Assembly: GCA_028534125.1 (NCBI GenBank)
Contig: CM052817.1
Coordinates: 4,776,001-4,840,000 of the forward strand
Length of the DNA: 64,000 bases
Source of the DNA: Lama glama
Lineage: Eukaryota
Reading direction: 5' to 3'
Under the pieces are notes generated by a model. It was given only the letters and a program-made list of their open reading frames with translations. It did no database searches and was not told the DNA's origin. Of the stretch, positions 26,010 to 38,729 are shown in pieces. Made by a program: the position numbers and the translations under genes. Within the stretch, counting starts at the first letter, position 1, and each line of letters begins with the position of its first letter.

Positions 26010-26510
26010 GTGCCCACCATGTGCTTGTTAGCGGTCTGCTCCACTTCCTGTTCTTTTCTGTATCACGGGGACCTCATGTCCCGGGTATCCTTGTCTTCTG
26101 GTTTCCAGCTGGTTTGGCCCTATGGTGGAAGACTGGAGGGTGGCTGTTGGGAGAAGCTAGGATGTTTCTTTGGGTGGCACCCCTGGCAAGGCTGCATCTT
26201 CTCCATGTTGTTATTCTGACTTGTATCACACAGTCCCTGCCTCTACCTTACTGCCCAGCTCCAGCTCTCACTGAGCAGCTCCTCTGAGGGTTTAGCTCCA
26301 CTGCAGGAACCTGGCTCCATGATTCCGTGACATCCTGCTCCCTACTTCCCTGCCCCCGTGTCCCTCCAGCTCTGGGTATGTAGCAGGTAGCTGCTGCTGC
26401 TAATCTCTTTGTTGCCTCATCATCCCTTATTTGCTCCTCGATTCAGAAAGCATATATTCACGTCATCAATTCCTTGTCATCTGCCTGCACCCTGGCCTAT
26501 ATACAAAGGC
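26010..26510. mobile_element. ERVL LTR (LTR33-like)
   Basis: ccttgtcttctggtttccagctggtttggcc...gactggagggtgg...gctgctaatctctttgttgcctcatcatccc. Confidence 0.55.
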
Positions 26511-27271
26511 CCATGACTTAGTCCAAGTGAGAGACGGTGATGGATGGAGGCAGAAAGGTGAACCAGGAGGATTTTGAACTTCAACGGATGTGGGACTAAA
26601 AGAGAGGAGATTTGGGGGATGGTTCCCCAGATGACAGGACCCGGCAATTTGTGAACAGATCATGAGTGCGTAAGGGCTTAAATTTATTCATTCCATTCCT
26701 GGGGTTCAGCTGACTGTCTGTAATTTGTTTGTGTCTTCAGATCTGCAATTCCAACCTGAAGTCAAGGAATGGATGTAAAATTTCCACTTCAGCACTAAGG
26801 AGAGTTCCTCCTGCACTATGTAATTTTTATTGCTTTTTCGAAAAAATAATTAACAGTGTTCTATATATCTTGATGTGATTAAACCTTTCATATTAAAGAA
26901 AGCTTGATTACTTTTGGAGAGAGAAAGTTGGTTTCTGCATTAAAATATTCAGAATTTGCAAGTGCCTCCCCCGGTGGTGGAAAGGAAGCAAACTCAATTC
27001 GTGTGAGTAATAGAGGTTAATTCTAATGGTTAATATCCTCCAAACTAAAATACTGATTTCAGTCTTTCCTTGTAAATCAGTATCACATGAGATTAACATC
27101 TGTAGCCATCTCCTAATTGGCTGCCTTGATCTATACCTCTGCCTCTTAGAATGCCTGCTGTGTAAGGATGCTGTATGTTCTCTTCTGAGAATACGCTTCC
27201 CATGGTCTGCAGAAGAGTGTGAATTCTTTAGTCCATCAGTTCAAGTTCTTCAACATAAAACTCTAGCCCAG

Positions 27272-27798
27272 GCAGTTCCTCAAAAAATTAAAAATAGAAT
27301 TATCATAGGACCCAGCAATTCCACTCCTGGGTCTGTGCGTCAAAAAATTGTTTACAGTAGCATCCACCACAATATCCAAAAGGTGGAAGCCAACCAAATG
27401 TCCAGAAACATATGAATGGATAAACAAAATGTGGTTTATACAGACAATGGAATATTACTGAGCTTTAAAAATGAAAGAAATTTGGACACGGACTACAATA
27501 TGGGTGAACCTTGAGGATATTATGCTAATAAGCCAGTCATAACAAGACAAACACTGTAGGGGTCTACTGATGTGCAGTCCCTAGAATCAAACTCCTAGAG
27601 GCAGAACATAGAACAGTGGTTGCTGAGGGGAAGCGGGAATGTGTTCATTCTGAGTTTCAGTCTGGGAAGATGGAAGAATTCTGGAGACTGGCTGTACAAC
27701 AATGTGAATGTACTTAACGTGACTGAACTGTACACTTACAAATAGTCAAGATGGTAAAGTTCATGTTATGCATACTTCAACACACACACACAATAAAC
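27272..27798 (+). mobile_element. 5'-truncated L1 (L1MB-like 3' end) with TSD, inside an L2 remnant
   Basis: gacccagcaattccactcctggg...atggataaacaaaatgtgg...ctgaactgtacactta; TSD aactctagcccag 27259-27271 and aactctagctcag 27799-27811. Confidence 0.85.
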
Positions 27799-28359
27799 AA
27801 CTCTAGCTCAGCTTTTCCAGCTTCATCCTCTCCATCAGCTGCGGGGCTAGCAAGGTGATGTCTACCCAGCATACCTGAGCTTCCTGCACATATGATCATG
27901 CTGGGCCCTGCATCAGTTACACCTTCCCATGCACAACAGCTCCAAGGATCAGAAAAGGCTAGCCCCTCACAGCAGAATACACACCCCTCCTAATGCACAA
28001 AGGGTCCTCTAATGCCACCTGGCACCCCCTCCCTAGGGTGGGGTCACAGCACCATTGCCCCTCACTTGGGAATTTTTCCCTCAAAGCACGTGGGGCTCTC
28101 TACTCTGTTTTATTGTCATTTGTAAGCATATCTGATCTCCTCTCAACTGGGCATGGAGTGCTCTGAAGATTGCTATGATTCCACCCCAGTCATGTCACTC
28201 CAGAACAAAGCATTGGATCTGGCACCTTGCAGTGGAATTTGTCAAATGGGCAACAAGTGATCTTTGAGTCTCTTTCCAGGTAACTGAACTGAGGTTGGTT
28301 TGGCCAAAAGAGGTACTAGGGCAGGTTATCCGAGTTTCCATCGAAATGTTTCTCTGATC

Positions 28360-29140
28360 TCCAGTAAAAGCCTAGGCTTCTCTTCATCTGTAGAGAGAGG
28401 AAGCCCCTCCCTCCTCCTCCCGCCTACAGTCCATCTTCCACACAGCAGCTAGAATGACCCTGTGGGAAGCAGCCAGCCATATGGCTTCTATTGAAGCCAT
28501 AGATCAAATCATGTCACTCCTCTGCTGAAAATGGGGCAATAGCTTTCCACTCTGTCAGGGTAGAAGCCAAAGACGATGAATCCCTACTGCCCTCTGTCTC
28601 ATCTCTCCCCTGGCCTCACCTCCACCCCGTCCCAGATGCTCACGCAGCAACAGCCACGCTGGTCTCCTCCCTCTTCCTGAGACACACTGAGCACACTCCC
28701 ATCTCGGTGCCTCTGCACCTGCACCTGGAAGGGTTGCCCTGAGATAGCCACATCCCAGCCCTCATGTCCTCCAGCTCTGCTCACAAGCCCCTGAATCAGA
28801 GAGGTCTTTCTCTGACCACTCTCCATAAAGCAGCAGCAAGCCAGACCCCTGCCTCTGGTCCTCCCTACGTTGCCACAGAATTTGACACCTATCATCCCCT
28901 AACATATTATGTACACATCTGTTTGTTGTCTTCCTCTGTCTACTAGAATATATGCACCAAGAAGGCAGAAGCTTGATCTGCTGTTCACTGCTGCATCCTT
29001 AGCCTGAAGTGATGTAGGTACCTGGTAAGTCACTACTGAGTGGTTGGATGCATGTGTGCACAGATGGATGGATGGATGGATAGATGGGTGCACGGATGCA
29101 CAGATGGAGGGACGAATGGGCAATGAATGAATGAATGAAT
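28360..29140 (+). mobile_element. L2 3' portion with (GATG)n/(GAAT)n tail
   Basis: ccatcttccacacagcagctaga...atcatgtcactcctctgctgaaa...ctactagaatatatgc...tgttcactgctgcatcc, then tetranucleotide tail. Confidence 0.8.
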
Positions 29141-31825
29141 GGCTGCAGAGGGTATCACATCCAGCCCAAGGAAGCTAATGCAGAGAGCCACAGTAGGTCT
29201 CACCAACCTGGAAATACGCAAAACCTACACCACCTTCCTCTCTTCTTTCTTAATCTCAACCCCCAACTGACTTCAAGGAATTATTTCAACAATCCTTGTC
29301 GCAACTGTCATAAGAGAAAGCCCAGGTTTAACACCCTTGGGCTCAAAGTCCTGCCCAAGAGGACCTGATGCAAGCCAACCCTGTTCTGGTGTCAACCCCC
29401 CCCTGCAAAAATGTTCTCCACCACCCGTGCCTGTTAAAATGCCATTCGGACTCAAAGCCCAGCTCCTCCGTAAGCCCAGGCAAGGCATGAAGCGTCTGAC
29501 CTCTCATTTCTCAGAACTATCGGAGTACTTTGTGCCCCCTCCCTCTCTCATGATTCACATTCTTTCTAGCCCTGTATTTCCTTCACTTGCTAAAAGGCAG
29601 GGGGAGGGGAGGCTGCACTGCATTGTAATAAGATGTATACATATGTATACATCTTACTACATCTTATATATATCTCTGCAACTCTGTGCTTATAGATTTA
29701 TAAGTATATATAGCACTAAATATGGTAGTGCTTCTCTCACCAGGATTGAGGTCTTGAGTCGTTTTACTGTCTTAATGTGTCTGTCCTTAATGCCCAAGAG
29801 TTGAAATTTGTCCGTTATTGCGTATTGAATGACTTCACGGAGGAATAAAGGATTCTTCTCAGGGAAGGGATTCAGAGCTGGAGGGAACAGCTTGGGAATA
29901 AGGCTTCAAAAACCTTCGTGTTCTCACTGCAGGCTGACATTTCTGGAAACGTCGACCTGATTTCCTGACACTGCATTCATTGTCTTCCTTTTGAACATCT
30001 TCTGTAAAACAGCCTCTAATTTATTGGATCCTTTCAGAGATGTGTTTTCTGCTTTCAAATTCGGCTCCCAGATTTCACTCTAGTTTCTTTGACGTTAAGT
30101 TGAGACCCAAGTCCTTATTTCTAAAATTTATTATCTAACATAAACACTCTCCACCCAACTGCAGGAGTAATTTATACCCAGGAGATGGAACAATCCCTTT
30201 AAGGAATAAATTGGATTCTCTTGTGTCTCACTTTTTTTATCATCACAAAGCCATAAATTCTCAAAATGCTTGCCCATAACAGAAGGGAAACCAAGCTTTG
30301 TGCTTAGAAATAACGAAGTTACTCCTGAAATTGAACTGGAATTTCCATCCTAAATGACACTTCTGCATGTCTTCAATTTTTTTTTCCCCATCTGAAACTT
30401 TCTTTCTCATTGCTATGACCCTGGTCCCGAGGGGAGAGGAGAAGGGTTGCTGAAGTGTTTCTTTAACCTGATAAGAACTGGCAGTGTATTCTGGGCACAG
30501 TGTTGACAGAGAGGGGTGGGGAGGATATTTGGAATACAAAAATAGGTCATATCGGTTTTAGCCTTTCTTTATTAATTATCATTATTTCATTAGGGCTCTC
30601 ACTGAAGGCCTAGGATGTGTCAGGCAGGCATTACACTCTGAGTGCTACACGGGTCATTTCATCCCTTCTCACATAAGTCCATTTCAAAGAAGACAAAACT
30701 GAGGACTGAGAAGACAAACTTTTCTCAGCTCTCACATTTGGCTTAAGTGGTGGCATTAGGATTTTCCAATCCAGTCAGTCCAATCTCAAGCTCATGTTTT
30801 ATAGGCCAATTGTAAGTCTAAAGCACCAAAATTTAGGACGATGTTAAAGTGATGTTTATAGCCCTGATTTTTAATCAAATGTTTTTGCTTTTCTAAGATA
30901 CTTGCCCCCCACAACCCAACAATATAGTTTTCAACAAAGATCTAGAAAAACATATATAAGGGGAACATCAGCTAATTTAAATCAGTATTAAAAACACACT
31001 AATTTCTATAGAAAATTACTAAGTTGCATATCTGAATATACAAATGCTTATGGATGTAGCCATAAAGAAAACAGCACTATTATAAAAAAGTCAAAATTAG
31101 CGAAAAACAAAGTCAAACACCTTCCCTTTAGAGAGAAAGTTATGCTTTGATTTTCTTCATTTAAAGGATGACATGCTCATTCAAGAAACTTTCAAACTAG
31201 AAAAAAAGGAAAGGAAAACCTCCCTCCAACCCCAGTGCGTTGGAAAACTGAGTCTTTTTGTTTTCATAAACAGACATTTCTTTACATAGTCATGCAATTT
31301 TATAAGCTATAATTTTCTCCCAAGATCATAAAAATAACCCCCTTTAATACTCCAGGAGTTTCACAGTGAGACCTATGTATGTGCGTGTATCATAGTCTCA
31401 AGTCTCTTCAAAACAGGTGTGCAACTGGCTGAGCCCATTTCCTTCCTTTAGCTTCTTTCAAAACTATCGGTTACCGTAAGCGATGCTGTAATATGTGTCT
31501 TCATGCTTAGAATTTTTTATGCCGGCCGGACTGGAGCCTTCTAGTGCATTCCAAGAAGTGAAACCAGTGGGTCAGAGTGTCTGAATATTTTAAAAGTACT
31601 TGATTCTTATTGCCAAATATCTTTCCAAAAGGGTTCTCACAATTCCTACTGCTGCCGGCACACACACATTTACACTGTCCAGGGAACATTCTTCTGGAAT
31701 GCTCTGTCTTGGGGACTCTCCCCTTCTCCCCAGAGCAACGTCCAACCTAGAAGCTACATTTCCCAAAAGCCTGAATGATCCCGAAGCCAGTTTTTATAAT
31801 GACTCCTTTATGTTCCCTATCACTT

Positions 31826-31975
31826 TATTTTGTTTTTATTTTTCTTTTTCTGTCCGGGGGTGTGGGGGGGGGTAGGTAATTAGGTTTATTCATTTATTTT
31901 TAATGGAGGTACCGGGGATTGAACCCAGGACCTTGTGCATGCTGAGCACACACTCTACCACTGGGCTCTCCCCTC
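31826..31975 (-). mobile_element. Vic-1-like SINE
   Basis: ggtaattaggtttatt...ggggattgaacccaggaccttgtgcatgctgagcacacactctaccactgggct. Confidence 0.88.
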
Positions 31976-32039
31976 GCCTCCAAGTGTACATGTGAGTGGA
32001 GAACTTGACTGCTGCTTATTATCAGCACGGAGACAGTGA

Positions 32040-32220
32040 GAGCTTGGTGACTTGCGGTGTCCACTTACTGTTCGCTCCCAGGCAAGGTCTCACCTGTAAA
32101 GCGGGGCTGATAACGGGCCCCGCCTCCGCCGGCTGCTGTTGGGATTGGAGGAGGTCACACCTGCCGAGCACTTAACACAGAGCCTGGCACGTGCCGAGCG
32201 CTCAGCGAGGGTCAGTCTCC
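32040..32220 (+). mobile_element. GC-shifted MIR SINE
   Basis: ctcacctgtaaagcggggctgataac...gcacttaacacagagcctggcac. Confidence 0.65.
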
Positions 32221-32414
32221 ATCACAGGTGCAGCATCTTACAGACAGGGTGGTTTCTGTTAACTTCTAATCACAGATTCCAAATATGGGGATGATGCTCT
32301 GCATTTAAATTCTTACTGCACATAAATATGCACAAAGCTCAGTTCCAAGCCCTGCCCTGGGGAGTGCTCCGCTCCTCACACTGGTCCCACCCAAGGATTT
32401 AAAGGGTCCCAAAT

Positions 32415-32417
<3 letters not shown>

Positions 32418-32457
<40 letters not shown>
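32418..32457. repeat. (GT)20 microsatellite
   Basis: Perfect GT run. Confidence 0.97.
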
Positions 32458-32461
<4 letters not shown>

Positions 32462-34409
32462 GCATGTGCATCATTTACTTTGTATATGTTAACATTTTAG
32501 AATTAAATTGTCCACAGGGAACACAAAGGGTGAATTCAAAGGGGCAGTGTGAAGCATCTGCTTTCAGTAAGTGAAAAATTTAAATTTATAAATATTAAAT
32601 TTCAATATTTAAGTTTAAAATTTATCTCCTCAAAATAACGGGAGGATCAGCACTGATTTTCCCCTTACACACCTTCGAACCTTTTTAACTTTACAGCATG
32701 TACACATACGATCTACTAAAAATTAAGGTCTGGACTTAACTCTATACTTCATAGCAAAAAAATTATTACTTCTTTATTTTCTCAGTGTATGCAATAAAGT
32801 GCTAAAAATGATCAATTTTATAAAACTCAGCATTTGTATACTTATCTTTTAGGCAATTTGTGGTGAAATGAGAAGGGACTTTGAGAAGCTTGATCTTCTC
32901 ATAGAAAACGCTAGTTTAAAGAAAAATGCCTGCTAGTGTTTCAGGATTAAACTATTATTGTTCCTAAAGATAGGGGAAAAAACCGATTTCTGACAAAGTT
33001 TATAGAGAAACCGCCCTCCAATAAAATTTATAATTAGCTTTAACGATAGAGCTTCCCAAATACCGAACTCATTAAGCAGACATTTTCTCCAGGCTGAATA
33101 CTTTCAGTTAACAACTCCAAGGCAAAGCTGTAGCTGTTTCTCGTCTATCTGATGAGATTCCTGCCTTGGAAAGGAAGGTTGTGAGGCCAAGGCAGTGAAG
33201 GATCACTGGGACTACAAACCTTTGAGACTGTGAGCTCGTTTACATGGGATGCAAATTCAGGGCTGGAAGCAAAAGAACGTGCACTATATAAATAACCAGA
33301 CTTCATTGCCAGATCTTCCCGCGGGAGTAAAAGACACTGCCCGCGGGGTTTCAGGCATTTTCAGACCACAGTTTGGTAGAAATAACCTCACTGCTGAAAA
33401 GTTTTTCCAAGAGACGCTTGAAAATGTTGCCCCAGACCCACTCCAATTAGCATTTAGAGCTCTGCTCTGTTCAAAACAGTGAACAAGCTTGCTGTTTAGA
33501 GGCTCATATTTAGGTGATTGGATTGGATCTAAAAATAAGACGAAGGAGAGGATGGCTGGTGCCCTGAACCTCACCTGAGCCGTGAGCTCTCTTCCAATCA
33601 GCCCATTTTCCCTAAATTGTCAGATGTAATGCAGCCGTGCCTGCCGCTGACCAGGGAGATGCCAAGAAGCCTTCATTGTTCCTTTATTTCCTGATGAAAT
33701 GTGGTTCCTCAAAGCACACCTCATGTATCAAAAGAGATAGGACTCTGTACTGGAGGGGGATGCAAAACTCCGAGACATTTTTAACATCCCACATGAGATT
33801 TCAAAGGAGTTTCATGCCCGAGGCAGGCTGCTTTGGGCCCCCTAAGAAACTGTCAAGAGGCTGACTCCTCAGAAATCAAGGGAAATTTGCAGACAAGTTA
33901 CAGGAGGCGGTGCAAGGCACGGGTAGTGACTTATGGAATCTGAACTCGTGTTTTCAGGTCATTTCAAGTCAGGCCTGTCTTTCCTTTCTTCCTTCAGTGA
34001 TTCGTTCTTCACTGACTCAAGGAGGGGTCTGGAGCAGTTACTCTGGGCTGGGCAGTACGTCGGGTGTGAACTTGGGCAGTGGGCGTTACTGCCAGAAGCC
34101 AGCTTTCTTCCTGCCCTCTGCTGGGATAGAGCCTTCCTCGGGGTGGTTGTGAGGAGTCCAGGAGGTCCATCTGTGCTTATTTTTCTGTTCAGGTGCGCAG
34201 GCACACTCACTCAGACAAGTGCTTAATAAGCAGTTCAATGCACTTACGCATTCGAACGATAAGAAATCCAGGACAGCGCGTGCGCACCGGCAGGGACCCG
34301 GTCTTGGTGTCAAACCCCGTTCTGTGACCAGCCCGCTGCGCGCCTGGGCGCAGATCACCTGATCGCTCTCAAAAAAAGGCGGTAATTATAGCACCTAGCC
34401 CACTGTGTT

Positions 34410-34949
34410 TTAAACATTTTTTATTGATTTATAACCATTTTACAATGTTGTGTCAAATTCCAGTGTAGAGCACAATTTTTCAATTATACATGAACATATA
34501 TATATTCATTGTCACATTCCTTTCTCTGTGAGCTACCACAAGATCTTGTATATATTTCCCGGTGCTATACAGTATAATCTTGTTTATCTATTCTACAATT
34601 TTGAAATCCCGTCTATCTCTTCCCAACCCCCACCCCCTTGGAAACCACAAGTCTGTATTCTATGTCTATGAGTCTATTTCTGTTCTGTATTTATGCTTTG
34701 TTTGTTTGTTTTTAGATTCTACATATGAACGATCTCATGTGGTATTTTTCTTTCTCTTTCTGGCTTACTTCACTTAGAATGACATTCTCCAGGAGCACTC
34801 ATGTTGCTGCAAATGGCCTTATGTTGTCGGTTTTTATGGCTGAGTAGTATTCCATTGGATAAATATACCACATCTTCTTTACCAGTCATCTGTTGATGGA
34901 CATTTAGGCTGTTTCCATGTCTTGGCTATTGTAAATAATGCTGCTATGA
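34410..34949 (-). mobile_element. Young 5'-truncated L1 inserted in a MIR
   Basis: Closely similar to 57440-57906; TSD ctagcccact at 34395-34404 and 34950-34959; MIR halves on both sides. Confidence 0.9.
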
Positions 34950-37435
34950 CTAGCCCACTTTATTGATGTGAGAATTAAACAAGACGCTGTTTGTGTGTGT
35001 GTATAAATATATACACACGTGCGTATAAGTGCACATGCATAACACGTGTGTCTATGTATGTATATAAATACAGTTTAAAGTAGCACAGACATGTCAGTTT
35101 AATAACCCGGATTCACCACCACTGTTGTTATTCTGATCTGATTTTGTATGACTGGACCCTCTGGGGTCCTAGTCCGTCCAGGGACCCGCTCTGGCTAAAG
35201 GGCCCTCTGGGGAGGTGTCTTCAGGAAAGGTCATTCTTGATTACCAGTTGGATCACATCACTCCCAAGCTTCAACCGATCAATGAGTGATACGAGCATGG
35301 GTCTCAGGACGTGCTCCCTGCCACCCTGACCCGTGCAGGCCCTGCCCACCCAGGCTGCTCATGCAGGAGCCCCTCTGCCCAGTGCCGCCCGAGCTCCTCT
35401 TCTCTGGGATGACTGCTATTTGTTCTGCAAACCACAGATGCACATCCCAGAGGAAGCCTCGCCAGCCTCCTGTGTCCCCGCCCTGCCCCTGCCTCAGTCA
35501 GGGCTGGGTGTCCTCCTCAGAGCCCCCGCCAGCCACTGTGCGCTGCCCCGGCTCGGGTCCTCACCCTGGACTGCAGTCATTTGGCCTCTAGAGTGGTTGC
35601 CGCTTCCAGCCGGGGACCTGCACACATGCAGGCAAGGGTCCCATCCATCGTTTTCTTCCCAGGGGCTGGCATACTTCTGGCCCAGAGTGTTTTGAAACAA
35701 TGAAGGGCCAACTTGAGTGCTCTAAAAAGTAAACCCTTCTAATTGCTTTACAACAATGATTTATTTTGAACCCATTATGGTATTTCCCTGCACGGGCACT
35801 TTCAAATTCACCTGGCTGTACTCTGGAGTAGCTTTTGTTTTCTACAGATCTACAACACTACCCTCAGAGGATGGAGATTTTGTCACCACTGAGTATAAAC
35901 AAACACCTGGTTTCAAAGTCAATTCCGCCAGATGAAAGAAAGCGGAATGAGGGACTTCAGTGGCCCTGGGCACAGGTGAGTCCTTTACGAACTTTTTCTC
36001 AGGGAATCTGCGTGGTAGCCCAGTAGAGGGGGTGTCATCGGGCTTATTTTACAGATTAGGAAACAGAGGTTCAAAAAGTTAAGCCGGTGAAGTTGAGTAA
36101 CATTTCCAAGTCCAGCAAGATGGAAGACAGAAATTCTTGGCAAGCCAACTCAGGCTTGCACTTGTGGAATGATCCTGCCACTTGCCAGCGTGGCTACTTT
36201 GAAAGAAGCAACATTCATCGGTCTGTATAAAATACGGCATTGACAGTGTTGTGTACACATGCAGCGGGGGGCTTCTGAATTCAGCTGTCGAATTAAGGCA
36301 AAACATTGCATAGCACTGTCATATACCCCTGTGCACCACGTGTACAGACACACATAATTTCACGTCTGTACCCACAGACACAATGAAAAAGATTTACTGA
36401 ACCATATGGGAGGGAAAGAAAGCCCAGCTCAAACCTCTGCCAAGTGTGCAATGTTTGAAATGGTAAGGGAATTCCATTTACTTAGTGGATTTTTAAAAAC
36501 CCCCCTGTATTGTGGGATAGCGCTTGTTCTCCACAGCAGATCTAGAATCCGAGGGCCAAAGGCCCCACATAGAGCAACTTAAAAACCTTTGTTGAATATG
36601 ATGAAATGGTCCCAATCATCATGCTTTTATGGGACATTTAGTTCCATTTTCTGCCTGGCCCTTATCTCATCAATGTCCCCATGACTCAGGGTTTGGGGGA
36701 TTTGGGCAAGTAGGTCATCTACTGCATGCTAGTGGAGGAGCGACCATGATAACTGATGAATGACGCTCATGCTGTGGATCGGTACAGAACTCACTCCTTC
36801 CAGCACCTTCAGAGAAGCCCAGCCAGCCCCCAGAGGCTACTCTGGTATGGGGTGACCTTCCTTAACAAAGGGCACACAGAGCTTACAGACCCGGATGGCA
36901 GAAGCTAGTCGACGGCGGTGTGAACGCACGTGGGCCGCCAGGAAGCAGCCTCTGGGTTACGCTGAGCTCGCCCCCAGCTCCTGCTGCGCCTCCTGCTGCT
37001 GCGCCACGGTCAGCGCTACTGCTGTCCCCGCTCCAGACGTTACACTCCCCCCCTCCCCCACTTCCTACTTCTTCCTCTCCTCCTCCTCAGTTTTCTTCAT
37101 TTTCGTTTTGTTGTGTTTGTCCTTATTTGTGTCAAAACTATACATGCAAACAACTCGGAGCATCAAGCCGTCCTGAAAGTGTCACAGAGTAGCCACAGTC
37201 CCTGTCACTTTCTCCCCCATTTCTCCCTCTCCATCCGTTCATCTTTCTCACGCTACAACTTTGGTGTTTAGCTCCTTTCCTTGAAATGACAGATGTATAG
37301 GACTCCTGCATGTTTCAATTTCTGGCTCTGTCTGTTGGCTTCCCACTATGGGAGAGGAGGGCGTGCTGCAGCAGGCAGAGAGTGGGTATGAGCAGCGGAA
37401 CGGGAGCACGGGGCACATGGCGGGAAACCGTACGT

Positions 37436-37967
37436 CATGTAACAACAGGTGTTCTTGGGCAGACAGAGAAAAGCAGGAACCTCTGGACTGGTAAGAAATC
37501 GCACATTTTGGGGTGACAAGTGTCCCAGAGGCAGGCAAAGAAAGGTGGGAAAAGGCAGGAATCTCCAGTGTCTGAATGTAACCTTTGGCTCCTTATGCCC
37601 TCATCACAATAAAATCAGCCTTGCAGATTAGAAGCACCCATCACGCACTGATGCCATGACACTCCAGATCCAGACTAAGTAAGGACAAAAATCCCTCCTC
37701 CCTTCAGGAAGGTAGAGCAGGGATGAAAATCAGGGAATATGACTCCAACCCCCTTCCTCCCCGATGAATATTCCACCCCTTCATTTTTTACACCCTCTGT
37801 AACCAACTTGCCAAGAACTTCAGTGCAGCCGCTCACCCGAGCCCGCCCGCTTTCCCCTTGAGGGTGTACTATCCGCCCCTTAATAAATCCTCACTTTACG
37901 TTCTTGACCTCCGGGTCTCATCTCTGAGTTCTTTCTCCATGAGACACGAACCTAATCGCTGGCAACA
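37436..37967 (+). mobile_element. ERV solo LTR (ERV1-like, different family from 25147)
   Basis: gatgaatattccacccc, gtgtactatc...taataaatcctcacttt...ttctttctccatgagacacgaacc, ends ggcaaca; tacgt on both flanks (37431-37435, 37968-37972). Confidence 0.75.
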
Positions 37968-38260
37968 TACGTAGCAGTCTTTCCTTCTCCCTCTCCCCTG
38001 AGACACACTCACCTGCCCATCCCCTCATTTCCCAACGGGGTATTACTGCATTTTTGCTTAGGTCAGTTTTCAGGGTTTAGGTGATTAAGTATTGCTATGC
38101 AGAGATGATGCATGTAATAAACTCCTAGACACAGCGTCCTGTCCAGTCCTTTTATTCCGTGGAGTTAAAAATCACCTTGTATTTATTGTTGAGTTTCCCC
38201 CCACCAAACTTCTCATCAGTTCAACTTCACATTCTTACCAACTAAACAAATCTCTCAAGG

Positions 38261-38723
38261 TGTAATAGGGAAGGACAAATCTGACCCCATATGTTTCTTT
38301 TACTTAAACCTTTGTCTTCTACTGCTTTTGTTACAAGGTAATCACTAAAGGGATGTTGCCTATAAGCTTACATTATGCATAATGGCCCATCTCTGGGAAC
38401 CCCGCCTCCCAGGTAATAAGCATTAAGCTAAAATACCTTTGTTTAGCTCACAGGAAACACCCTGACCAGGCCCACCTGTGACTGACTGCAGGAAGGAAGG
38501 AATGAACACATCCCCTCTGGAGGCTGATGGGAACCAGGAAAAAGTCTGACTTTACTCGCTCCCCTTTTTGTGTAAAAGATGTCTGAATGCTAACTCAGGC
38601 AAGATGGTTCTTTGGGACACTAGTCCACCATCTTCTCTGTCTGCTGGGTTTCCAAATAAAGTCTCTGTTCCTTGCCCCAGCAACTCGTCTCTTGATTCAC
38701 CGCCCTGGTGTTTGGCAAGCAGC
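38261..38723 (+). mobile_element. ERV1-class LTR, second copy of the 25147-25633 family, slightly 3'-truncated
   Basis: Shared blocks such as cataatggcccatctc, gcattaagctaaaatacctttgt, aggctgatgggaaccaggaaa, aagatggttctttgggacact. Confidence 0.85.
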
Positions 38724-38729
38724 CTGATG

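Noticed and set aside
25147..38723. Intact provirus between the two homologous LTRs
   Set aside because: The interior holds MIR, L2, L1 and unique DNA with no gag/pol, and the first LTR has its own flanking near-duplication, so these are independent insertions.
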